Numbered from the stretch's first letter, positions 36,288 to 47,375 are shown. The stretch is 49,526 nucleotides of DNA from Selaginella moellendorffii (GCF_000143415.4 NW_003314291.1:767251-816776); one strand, 5' to 3'. The notes: generated from the sequence alone by a model not told the origin. A program made the numbers and translations.

Positions 36288-39276
36288 TCGTGTAACATCT
36301 CAACCGAAGGTCCTGTTCCCATGTATTTTCCTTCCTCAAATGCCAAAGCTTTTGAAGACTGCTCTACAGCGCGTATCAAATCTGATAGACATGCTTCATA
36401 TAGACTCATCTTCCCTTTCCCTGCCTCAGAGGAACGCCAGCTCCAATGTTTACTCTCTGAGAGATTCACAGTTGGGGTGTATGCAAGATCCTCAAGTGGT
36501 TGATCCTTATAAAATGATGACATTAAAAAGCAATAAAAAGAGAGGAAAAAAAGAAAAACCAACCTGAAAAGAGTGATGTCCCCATTGGAACATTCTAACT
36601 TCCCACCACCCCAACCACGACTCAAGTTGTGGTAGACAACTTACGTCAGTATGGCCATCTTCACGCCACCACATTCGAATCTCGTTTGCTTTTGCCTCAT
36701 GCTCTTCTTCAGAAGGTGCAACTTGCCATTGTTTGCACAACTCCTTAAATGCTAATTGGAAATTTGGCTTGATAAGGTGGCAGTGTTGGTTTAGGCTCTG
36801 AGCCCAATGGAACTCACATGTCCTCTCACGACCTTCTAGGGGTAGACCATTCCCAAAGACTGCCCGGACACCATTCCAATTAGCCCCAGCCCCATTTGCC
36901 ATGAAACCGCGAAAGTTGGCAGGCTTACCAGTCTGCTTCAATACAATGTCGGAGAGGGACTTCCAAAATATTTCTTGAGCCATCTGGTCTTGTACTTTAA
37001 ACTCTGCCGTTGCAATTGTCAAGTTACAATGTAGCCTGTGAAAAGTGCAATGTTTAAAACCATTTTAAGATAATGAGAAAAAAAACTACCTTGGATCATA
37101 CACATGAGCTCCCATGGTTGTCCAACCTGCCACCCGCTCCATATGGTCAAAATGTACCCATGCATTAGCAAGGTCACTCGACCCAGACATATCCATTCGG
37201 GAAACAAGATCCACACCAGAGGCAGGGCCCATGGTAGACATTTTGAAAACGAAGGGGCGCTCTTGCTCACTAACGACTTGATCTGGAAATAAACTCCCAT
37301 GGATAAACTCATAGGGACAAGTCCGTTTTAGTTCAAGGATTGAGTCGATTTTTGATTGGAGTTTCCCCTCTCGAGATTCACACATCCAAGACTTTATCCT
37401 AAATAAAACAAAATGTAAGAGAGATATTATTGAAAAGTATGTAATAATATTTTCATACCTTCTAAGGCTAGTTGCAGGTTGCACATGTCGTAGTAACTCC
37501 CGCAAGCTAGCCTCATTCAGTTGAGTATTCTTGTAGTCCGGATCAAGTAAAGTATTTGCAATAAAATCCTTGAGCACTATCTTCTGAACATACTTCGGAG
37601 TTGCAGATGAGTTTCTCACAGTCTCTATCTGCACTGCATCTTTGAAATGGTTGACTGAACTCCTTTGTATCCCTTCCTGCATTGGATGTGTGTGCGTGCC
37701 AATATGTACTGCAGCTCTACCAACCTCTCCAGCCCGTGGAAGAAAATAGTACATCTTGGCCCCGTAGATGGCACGACACAATGGAGCATTCTTGCAAAAC
37801 CGACACTTGAATCCAACACCAATGGTGTCACAGAGGGGAGGATTGGTTGTAGATCCTCCAAAAAATATGGAGTTTTTACCACGCTCTTGATTGCATGCTT
37901 TATTCACACAATCCAAATACCCACCACAATGAACCATGGACACTGTGCCTTCAAAATGCTGGAAATGTGTGGTCTTGATCTTGCACCAGTTATGGACATC
38001 CTACTTTGTCTCCATCCCCTTTCGTTTTGAGCTGACAAGAGGTGGTAGTTCAAAGAAGATATTGCCATTGTATGTAGATGGGAGCTCGCTAACGAGCCTA
38101 TGCAGAAAGGAACGCACGTCGATAGAGAGGCGGGAAAACTGGAAAGCGTTGCAAACAACTTGGAATATCAGTGAAGTTGGAGTTTGGAAATTCTTGGCTC
38201 GCACTGGACTAACATCTCCACTAGAACTACAAGAGGAAGAAATGATGACGACCGACTCTTGCTTCACATTCACTTTAGCAGGATCACAGCCTCGCACTTT
38301 GATTGGAGATCCAAAAACTCGAATCTCTTTCGACTTGGAATGTTGCAAATCCCAATGTTGTCCACCTTCACCTACACCCGAAAGAAGAAACTCTGATCGT
38401 TCAACTACACCAATGTTGTTGCGAATCACAGCTTCCAATGAAATAGAACCGAGAGAAAGATCGAAACGTCGGCAAAGAAAACTTTCTGAAATAAGACTCT
38501 GGGAGATAGAAAGCGGTGGGTGATCTTGGTAATGCAAAAGGAAGCCCTCCATTTTGTTGCCTTTAGGTTTTGGAACTCTAAACTTTTATAATGAAATGTC
38601 ACCTCACATGTGCTATGCCATTATGTGAAAAGATAGGGCGATTTTATTCTAGGATCTAACATCGACTAATGTTGTTATAATAAATTCTGTATGAAGTATA
38701 TAGGACTATGTTGTACAATATTAAAAGTTTATATACATTGAATTCAAAAACATACTCAAATTTATTATATGCACTAACTTTTGGTAGAACGGAAAGAAAT
38801 ATCACCTCAAGCATGTGCCATAATATGAAAGATAGGAATGATTTTATTCTAGGATCTACCATCAACCAATTGTTGCCAAATAAATTAAATATTGTACATA
38901 TTTTCAGTACTTCATTAAAGCTAGAAATCATCACATTCTTCTGAACTCATTTAAATATATTCCATCTTTGTACTACCATCTATCACCTATAGTAAATTAT
39001 CTATATACATTACTTTGGAAATAACACCTTACGATTTAATAATCTTATATTTTCTAACAATTTCGTACTGTGATCAATTCAACACATGCGTCTGTGACAT
39101 TATTTCACATTATGACATAGTCATATTAGAGCACACCTCCATTATTAAATTACAATTCAAAAGGACTTTGTCACGTGATCAAATCTAGGGCAGAATAGAA
39201 ATTGTACAGTGCTAGATTTATTATTTATTGTACAGTGAAGATTTACTGCATCCATGATGAACGGCTGTGATGAAAG

Positions 39277-39315
39277 TTAGGTTAGGGTTAGGGCAGCTGC
39301 CGGCATTAGGGTTTT
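39277..39315. promoter_or_regulatory. Telo-box-like motifs upstream of the methyltransferase-like gene
   Basis: gttaggttagggttaggg and attagggtttt lie ~45-80 bp before the ATG at 39359. Confidence 0.45.
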
Positions 39316-39358
39316 ACAGAAAGTATCGCGGGAGATTGAGAGTGATTGTGGGAACAGA

Positions 39359-42300
39359 ATGCCGCCAAGAGTAAGTTTTTCCTCCTTCACCACTCCCTCT
39401 CCTCCACTCCCTCTCCTCCCCGCCCAGCGCCCCCGCGCCCACGCCATGCCCAACGCCACCACGCTGCGCACACCACGCCATGCTCAGCACCGCCATTGCC
39501 CAAGGCTGCCGAGCGCCGCCCACTGCCATGCCACGCCCAGTGCAGTGCTGCCTGCCCAGCACCGCCACTGCCATGCCGCCGCTGCCGTGCCGCCACTGCC
39601 CAGCACCGCCGCTGCCATGCCGCCGCTGCCCAGCACCGCCACTGCCATGCCGCTGCTGCCGTGCCGCCGCTGCCCAGCACCGCCACTGCCATACCGCCGC
39701 TGCCGTGCCAACGCCACGCCACGCCAGCGCCGCGCTGCCTAGGGCCACTGCTGCCCAGCACCGCCGCTGCCAAGTGCCCAGGCCGGGCATTTGGGTGGGC
39801 ACTCCGCCTAGGCCGGCCAAGTCCACGCAGGCTGGCNNNNNNNNNNNNNNNNNNNNNNNNNNNNNNNNNNNNNNNNNNNNNNNNNNNNNNNNNNNNNNNN
39901 NNNNNNNNNNNNNNNNNNNNNNNNNNNNNNNNNNNNNNNNNNNNNNNNNNNNNNNNNNNNNNNNNNNNNNNNNNNNNNNNNNNNNNNNNNNNNNNNNNNN
40001 NNNNNNNNGGCTCGCGGGCAGTTGGTCTTGGCGCGGGCCGGCCAAGGTGCTTGGGGGAGGCGTGCACCGAGCCCACGCCCTGTTCCCCTCTTCTTATGCA
40101 TTTATAATTTATAATGAGTTTTTTTTATTTTCAGAAACGAAAGCAACTACAAAAGGAGAGGGATGTTGGATCAAAGAGAAGACATGAGGAAGATGAGATC
40201 CAGGATGACAATCAAGTTGACCTTCAGATAGAGATTTCCACAGCGACAACTCTACCGTCTTCCCAACCACATAGCTCCAGTCCACATGCACCCCCACCAC
40301 CGCCATCGATGCCACCACCACCATTACCACCGCCACCACCGCCACCACCATTACCGCCACCGCCACCTTTACCTTCATCACCACCATTACCACCACCGTC
40401 ATCACCACCATTACCACCACCACCATCATCACCACCATTACCACCACCACCGCCACCATCATCACCACCACCAGCGCAACCATTGTCATCACTACCATTG
40501 CTGCCACAACCACAAATGCCACTACTCTTAACATATTCACAAAATATGGCAGAAACGGAGCAGTGCCCAAGTGCGCCTGATGGCGGTGTTGGGCCCGAGT
40601 CAGGGGCTAGATCTGATAATGGTGCTATTGGAGGTGTAGCTGAAGCTGAAAGAGAAGTGGAGCTACCTGAACACATTGTCGACAAGCGCTTCCAAGAGAC
40701 AGTTTTGAGAACTAAAGAGAAGGCCATTCACACGACTCTGGAGTCTCTCAAGTGGGAAGGCCCGGGGCACATGATCCAAGATGTCGATTCACTCAGACAA
40801 GCATCGTTCGGTCTGCTTCACCGCACTTCGTCAACATGGACATCTATATTCTGTACAAACAGAATGGCCTTGGGACAAACATAGGTATGTTCCTTGTTTT
40901 GGTTTTCAAGCCNNNNNNNNNNNNNNNNNNNNNNNNNNNNNNNNNNNNNNNNNNNNNNNNNNNNNNNNNNNNNNNNNNNNNNNNNNNNNNNNNNNNNNNN
41001 NNNNNNNNNNNNNNNNNNNNNNNNNNNNNNNNNNNNNNNNNNNNNNNNNNNNNNNNNNNNNNNNNNNNNNNNNNNNNNNNNNNNNNNNNNNNNNNNNNNN
41101 NNNNNNNNNNNNNNNNNNNNNNNNNNNNNNNNNNNNNNNNNNNNNNNNNNNNNNNNNNNNNNNNNNNNNNNNNNNNNNNNNNNNNNNNNNNNNNNNNNNN
41201 NNNNNNNNNNNNNNNNNNNNNNNNNNNNNNNNNNNNNNNNNNNNCAATTTGTGTTTTGCAGACTGGGACAGTTTGCAGTGCAGAAACAAAGCCTAGTACA
41301 TGATATGGAGCAGATCCGGTTTCTTGCCAATCTCGACGAGGATGCAGTCCGCAGCCACTATAGTGATGATTTAGCATCACTTATTCGACATCAACGAGGT
41401 CGTCAGGATGCCAATAGATGGTACAAGAATCCAGTGGCTTTTATGACAGCTGTGTGGAGTAAGGTATGTTCTTTTAAATATACTTCTTATCATAGAATGT
41501 TTGTGTTGTCTTCAGCCATTGGTGAAGGTTAAGCAAGATGCATATGCACAGTCGCATCGAGCTGAAAATGATCAAGAACTCTCAGAGCATTTAGCTGTAA
41601 TTGACAAGAAAATCAACAGCACAAAGAAGACAAAGGTAAAGAAATTACTTAGTGTGGCTGACCCTCGACGCCCAAAGGAGTGGTTCGATATTATAACAGA
41701 GATTGCTTGTCATGAAAGTAAGTATTGTTTATATTTACATGAAGGTTCTCACAAAAGTTATTTTTTAGTGGGCAAGACTCCAGATGAGATTATTTACAAC
41801 ATCTCAAAGTCAAAGCTTACATATGAGGAACAGATACACATTCTGAACGACCTCAATAGCAGACTCATGGAAGGAGAAAAAGGTTTGGACAGTATGATGG
41901 AGACTGTGATGAGGAGGACTGTCTACATTTCACAAACTGTATATGAAGGGGAGATGTTTCTAGCGCCTTTCATAGGGGATGATCCTGAGCAACTTCCATT
42001 TAAGGACTTCGTCACCATTAAGCTTACAAAACTTGGAGAGGATTGGCTGCCAAAGAAGGCCACAAGCACGACTCCATTTGAGAAACAACTTGGCCAACCT
42101 TACTTCATGCGTCGAGCGGCTTTCAGGTAACATACAATTTCTCAACTATACTCAATTGTTTATATTCTATTATAGGTATCTCCAATATAGAAGCGTTCCT
42201 CTCGAAACACCGGTATGCACACGCCTCCTGAGGCATGGTGTGAGAGATGGAGGCATGTACCTGACAATAATGAAGTTTCCAGCAGCAATAAAGCGCGCTT

Positions 42301-43647
42301 GTCCTTGGGAATTGGAGATGCCAGATTATGAACCAACCCACCATGAGGCTGCAAGAGGCAACAATGATGACGAAGATGATGGCCATGAGAATGCCGACCC
42401 TGTTAGTGCCAATGGCGAGCAGAGTGAAGATGGCGGTGAGAACGAGATTCTTCGAGACGAAGTCGAGCAAGAGAACCAGAACATCCAAGAAGTTCTACCT
42501 CGACGAAAGCGAGCAAATCCACATCTGGAGGAATTAGTCAATAGTGATGATGATCGTCCAAAACGTCCCCGTAACCGAGGAACTTCTCGAGGTATATTTC
42601 TTTTTATTCTCTCCTTTTCTTAGTTTCTCAAAATGGTTCCAGCAAAAACTATCAGGAGTAACTTCATTCCAGCTCGTCTTGATGCTCGAGAAGAGGACTT
42701 GGAGGAACTTACATCTACCACACACCACATGACAGTATGTAAATTTTTCTTAAGTTCACATCTTATCTTTGTCTTCTCCCCCTAGATTCGCCCTGTATCT
42801 CCAGTGGCATTCTGTGGTGAAGTTGGGATCTTTATTGGCTCCTATAGTTCATTGATGGCATCTTTTGAGGAGGATGCTGAGAATATGGCTATTCGGCAAA
42901 AGTGGGAGCGCTTTTGTCAGAAGATCCATAGACGACCGCTCAAGAGCACAAACTTCATGCTCTTTGACATGCCAGATGGTCTTCCAGACGCTAATGGTGA
43001 TGTCCCAAGCTGGAACAACCTGACTAAAGACCACTTGAAGGATGCATTCCTTTTGGCAGCAATTCTCCTTCACACAACCGGTCAAGTTGCCTTCATTCTC
43101 CCAAATGACCCCCATTGGATGTCCTGCCTTATGAGGTATGCAAGTCGAGTCAACTTCAAGAGGTTCTCTTCCGGATGCATCATGGATAGTGTTGGGGTCG
43201 AGACCAAAGGTGTCCTAGGCATGCCAGAGAAGGTAAGAAATCATTTTCTGTTTTGGTTGTCTCTAAAGTTTTATTATTCAGGTTATGATGTGGACCTACC
43301 ATGTGTTTTGCAGAAAAGAAAATGACGGTTTTCGTAATAGCGAGCGTGCTGCAAGGGTTTTGCCAGGGTATGACAGCTTTACTGACATCATACCAAATCT
43401 CATAGACGACGACATCTGCAACACATTGTCTGGGTATCGGTTCCGATCTCCATCGGCGATGCATGTCCTACTTGAGCTTTATTGCCCAACTAGAGGTGTT
43501 GTCATCGATTGCACAGCAGGTAGTGGTTCGATGGTCGAAGCAGCACGTGACTCTGGTAGATCGGTGTTTGCGATTGAAGAATATGATTTCTTCAAACGCC
43601 GTCTTCGAGGTTTTCGTCCTTCTCTATCAATTGCTTATAGGAGGTAA
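39359..43647 (+). CDS. Multi-exon gene: Pro-rich/acidic N-terminal part plus C-terminal beta-class N6A/N4C DNA methyltransferase-like domain (N6_N4_Mtase); this copy probably damaged
   Basis: Exon 1 MPPR|gtaagt joins in frame to KRKQ at 40135. The last two exons (42786-43232, 43282-43647) give STNFMLFDMPDG (motif IV position), LLHTTGQVAFI (VI), YHVFCRK, then RSPSAMHVLLELYCPTRGVVIDCTAGSGSMVEAARDSGRSVFAIE (X-I-II). Stop or frameshift near 40810-40884. N-gaps inside. Confidence 0.75.
39400..39836. repeat. GC-rich degenerate tandem repeat in intron 1
   Basis: Recurrent gccatgccgccgctgcccagcaccgccact-type units running into an N-gap. Confidence 0.75.
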
Positions 43648-44290
43648 TTTATGATGTTTTAAAAAATTTTAAATAATATATATTTAGTTTTCTATAAGTC
43701 TTCCTAGGTATGCATAGCACATCATATGCAATGTGTAAATTGAGGAGTGGTATGAAAAATCTATTTATTAATGATCCATTAAAAGCCAATGGAATCCAAT
43801 GAGAAAGATGTGTCACATGTCAATGTGATAATGATTGTGACACTGACAGTGTCAGTGTACCAGATAGCGCCAGTGATAGTGTCAGTGCCAGAGCCAGTGT
43901 CAGTTTCAGAGATGCCAAAGTTCCAGTGCCAGTCTGTCAAATTTCATAATTCCTAGTATTACCAATTTTTTATCTATGGGTAATCCAATTTTGTTAATAA
44001 AAAAAAGCCGAAAGGGGGGGTGGGGGGGGGGAGATGAATAATATCATAGTGTAAGAATTATTAGTGGCTGGAANNNNNNNNNNNNNNNNNNNNNNNNNNN
44101 NNNNNNNNNNNNNNNNNNNNNNNNNNNNNNNNNNNNNNNNNNNNNNNNNNNNNNNNNNNNNNNNNNNNNNNNNNNNNNNNNNNNNNNNNNNNNNNNNNNN
44201 NNNNNNNNNNNNNNNNNNNNNNNNNNNNNNNNNNNNNNNNNNNNNNNNNNNNNNNNNNNNNNNNNNNNNNNNNNNNNNNNNNNNNNNNNN

Positions 44291-44625
44291 TTATCTAAAT
44301 AAAAGTAGCAGATGGGACACTGGAGATAATATGTGTTCATTCTTTCAAAAGTTTCAACCATATTGGGAGCAAGATCTTGAAGAAACATCTGGCATCGCTC
44401 TTGAAGCACATGAGGCAATCCATCTTTAATAGCAACATTTAGAACATTATCTGGAAGAGGGATCTCTTGTTCAGTCACACTTGGGGCTACAAAAGAAAGG
44501 GCCTCACAACGATTGATATATAGAGGGAAGGGTGGAATGTTGGTAGAAGTTGGAGACGGAGGTGGAGACTCATATGAAATGCATAGGGGCCAAGTGCGAG
44601 TAGCAATAGCATTTTCCCTAACCAT
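44291..44625 (-). CDS. Small CxxC-containing protein, paralog A (3' end in gap)
   Basis: SYESPPPSP...QERCQMFLQDLAP...YYLQCPICYFYL, shared with paralog B. Confidence 0.55.
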
Positions 44626-44993
44626 TCCTACACTCTAAACAAACTGAAATTTCAATGTTGAAAGCATCCCTTGTTGGTATTTATACTAAGAAAAGATCTA
44701 GGGGTTCTTGAAAGTTTAAATTGTCAGTCTCAAAAATGGGACTTCAGAATTATAACAGTGTCAGAACCACTTGTATATATAATAATATCTTTATACATGC
44801 TAGAATAATATCATTCTCGAAAATATAAGATTCTCCACTTTACTCATAAAGAATTAACCTTTTGAAAAAACTATGCATGACTTTCACATTACATTAAAGG
44901 GTGGCCTAAATATCCCATATTCAGCACTTACTGATGCAGTGTTCACCAATGGAATATTGTTCTCCACCATGAAATCATAATAGCTGTGTGTTT

Positions 44994-45434
44994 TTAATTC
45001 TTTCTTGATTTTCTTATACATCCATGCACACCTTCCAAACCTGCTCTTGGGTATTTGCGAAAATGCTCAATAAAACTTACCAAACCCATGCAACCATCTG
45101 TCTTGTTTAAATAAAAGTTGCATATAGGACACTGAAGATAATATGTATCTACATTAACCTCCCCTGCCATATCTGGAGCAAGATCTTGAAGAAAATATTG
45201 ACATCGCTCTTGAAACATTGGAGGCAATCCAACTTTTTTAACAACATCATAAGGAAGGAGTTTTTGTTCAGTTGCACTCGAGGTCGCAAATGGAAGAGCC
45301 TCACAACAGCCCTCAAAATGAAAAGGAGAATTGTTGCGTAGAGGTGAAGGTGGATTATTGGTTGAGATTGGAGATGGAGGTGGAGACTCATATGAGAGGT
45401 CTTCGGGACCAAAAGTAAACTTCTTCCTAACCAT
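44994..45434 (-). CDS. Small CxxC-containing protein, paralog B (putative zinc finger)
   Basis: ATG at 45434. YYLQCPICNFYL..FIEHFRKY..H. Conserved with paralog A despite indels. Confidence 0.55.
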   Translation of the reverse strand: MVRKKFTFGPEDLSYESPPPSPISTNNPPSPLRNNSPFHFEGCCEALPFATSSATEQKLLPYDVVKKVGLPPMFQERCQYFLQDLAPDMAGEVNVDTYYLQCPICNFYLNKTDGCMGLVSFIEHFRKYPRAGLEGVHGCIRKSRKN

Positions 45435-45875
45435 TGCAACACACAAGAAAAATTAAACTTCCTAGCAATAAAAATTCTCTCATTAATATACTATATTTCA
45501 ATCTCGGGAATGATGTTTTATTATGACATGACACTATAGTGAATGATAATTGTCAGTCTTAGTAATTACAACCTACTATGAGAAACAAGTGGCTATAGGG
45601 TTTTAGAAGCTAAAAACTAGCATATAATTAATATGTAGCCTCATTTTATATAGTTGGCCTGCCATATATAATAATAGCAAATATACACAGGCTCGCGAGT
45701 ATGCCTTTTTGCAAGATTACCTTTCAATCCCAAAATCATATATAGATTTAATTCTTTGATTTGTCTACATCATATATCTTTGCAAAGACAAAACATATCA
45801 AAAGGAATAAGATATATATAAAAAACTTACATTTTTTTATAATATTTTAGCGGATTACAAAAGCCATTGAAAGGT

Positions 45876-46121
45876 TTATAGAGTGGATTTATTAGTGCTT
45901 TCCGCTGTGCTGTCCATTTCTTCTTTTCTCTTGCTCTGGATTGTTATTTTGGAAGTAACAGGAGCATTTTTATCAATAGTGACAGTGGTCTCCACATTCC
46001 CGGATGGGTAATAAGGACCAGGCGTGTAATATGGAGATTGTGGTAGTGAAACAAAATTCACATTCTCACATTTCTGTATGCTAGAACTACTTACAGATTT
46101 TTTGTCTTCCTTGCTTCCCAT
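45876..46121 (-). CDS. Hypothetical 81-aa Ser/Thr/Lys-rich protein
   Basis: ATG ORF in AT-rich surroundings with a telo-box (aaacccta) just upstream. Confidence 0.35.
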   Translation of the reverse strand: MGSKEDKKSVSSSSIQKCENVNFVSLPQSPYYTPGPYYPSGNVETTVTIDKNAPVTSKITIQSKRKEEMDSTAESTNKSTL

Positions 46122-46486
46122 CTCTGTAAACCCTAAAGAATGAATGAGTGAATCAGTGTTTCGAATTATTTATATATTTCTGGTCTGGTTGTTGGGAAGT
46201 TAAAATGTTGAAATGTACAATAGAAGTTTTCCGGTTCATTCGAACTTCAATATTCCCATTTTATTTGGGACCAATAAAGCCCAAAAATTTCTATGGGTTC
46301 AGACGAACTTCTAATTCTAGAAATTGTATAAACTGCATTAGAAAGATTCAAAAAATAAAAATCTCTCTGAACCATTGATACTTAAACTCATAAATTTCAA
46401 GTTCACCAAAGAATAACATTTTTCTGACTTAATATTTCCTTATAAAACTTATGGTTGACTATGTTGACTAGCATTGACTTGAACTG

Positions 46487-46531
46487 AATTGAGCTCAACT
46501 CGTGAGCTCAACTCAACTTTGGACCATCCCC
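46487..46531 (-). repeat. Right TIR of the Mutator-like element
   Basis: Reverse complement GGGGATGGTCCAAAGTTGAGttgagctcacgagttgagctcaatt. Confidence 0.85.
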
Positions 46532-46812
46532 TCCCTTCCAAGTGGATCAAGACATCATCAATAAAGTTAATAGTCACTTCCAACATATCGCAAAGAACCT
46601 TGTCCATCATCCATTGGAAAGTTGCTGAAGCATTGATCAAACTAAATGGCATCACCAAAAACTCGTACAAACCAAACAGTGTACAAAAACCAATCTTAGA
46701 AATATCTTCTTTGGCCATCGATATTTGCCAGTACCCAGAAGCAAGATTTAGCTTGGTGAACTAACAACTTCTCCCCAGACTATCTAAAAGATCAGCAATG
46801 TGAGGAAGAGGG

Positions 46813-46945
46813 TGTAACCAACCAAAAAGAACTTGAGAAATGATCCATGGGGTTTAAATATAGAGGAAAAGGGCCCATAAACAAAAATGCACCCCCTTTT
46901 TCAATTGGTTAAGGGTCTTGGGATACTTAGAGTTAAGTGTCTTTA
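46813..46945 (+). mobile_element. Truncated, diverged LTR of the Cassandra-like TRIM family
   Basis: tgtaaccaaccaaaaagaac...tgcaccccctttt...gttaagggtcttgggata matches the reverse complement of 24610-24748. Confidence 0.8.
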
Positions 46946-47375
46946 AGCTCTATTTCGTTAAAGTGGGAATTGTCATTATCCCACTTGTAAAATAAGGTTT
47001 CCAAACCTTTATATAGTATATAAATATAACAAAATTCAACTGCATTGAGGCACATGCCATTTTATTTTAAACAAGGAAATGTCTACTCAATCACTTCTCA
47101 CTGCTTCACCTCTCTCTTCTCCTTGTCATTGTCGTCCAATTTCTTTCCATCCTTTTAATATTGGCTCAGTTGCTCCGAGTCTAGGTGGAGCCCAAGTCCC
47201 CATTCAATCTTTACTTTCCCCTTATTAATAAAACAACTTCGTAGACTTCCAATAACATGCTGTAACACTTCTAGTATAATGCAAATCCTCTCAAAGAATT
47301 GTCTTTTAATATTAATACAATGGCATGGAACCCCATGCCATAATAAGTTACATTTTTAAATAAATACATGCCATC

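Larger units (their letters stand above)
27629..38552 (-). pseudogene. MULE DDE transposase with N-terminal GCM/WRKY-like zinc finger and C-terminal SWIM finger, interrupted by an LTR element
   Basis: HCGGYLDCVNKAC..CRFC..HIGTHTHP; D1 in HFDHM; D2 position FMA(N); CxxH motif CEFH; E in TVNLSESKH; SWIM CTCPDF..PCKHMY. Frame rejoins across the insertion (EMLHD|RMKKK). Premature TAG at 38001-38003. Confidence 0.85.
26985..46531. mobile_element. Large Mutator-like (MULE) DNA transposon with cargo genes; 19.5 kb, ~11.9 kb without the nested LTR element
   Basis: TSD TCCCTTCC at 26977-26984 and 46532-46539. Inverted termini include a perfect 28-bp match (27018-27045 / 46487-46514). Excision restores the Gypsy RT frame FIDDVLIHLEG|TWEEDI. 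Confidence 0.9.
23433..46812 (-). mobile_element. Decayed, 5'-truncated Ty3/Gypsy LTR retrotransposon, host of nested insertions
   Basis: RT at 46532-46812 (ASGYWQI, GLYEFLVMPF, FIDDVLIH) continues at 26984 downward (TWEEDI..LKQSKCVFG..YLGY). RNase H ~26200-26600. Integrase ~25000-25900 (PFELVAFDLMGPFP). Then PPT and 3' LTR. Many stops. Confidence 0.88.

Noticed and set aside
39277-39293. Telomere or telomere-healing site
   Set aside because: Only ~3 TTAGGG-like units, internal and just upstream of an ATG; better explained as telo-boxes.
39314-40187. Ala/Gly/Cys-rich ORFs
   Set aside because: They derive from a GC-rich intronic repeat and run across an N-gap.
40109-40727. Gly-rich, Val/Met-rich and poly-His ORFs
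   Set aside because: Alternative frames and antisense of the poly-Pro (CCA/CCG) tract.
39359-43647. Bacterial contamination as the source of the methyltransferase
   Set aside because: The domain is split by a canonical 49-bp GT-AG intron and sits inside a TSD-bounded plant transposon.
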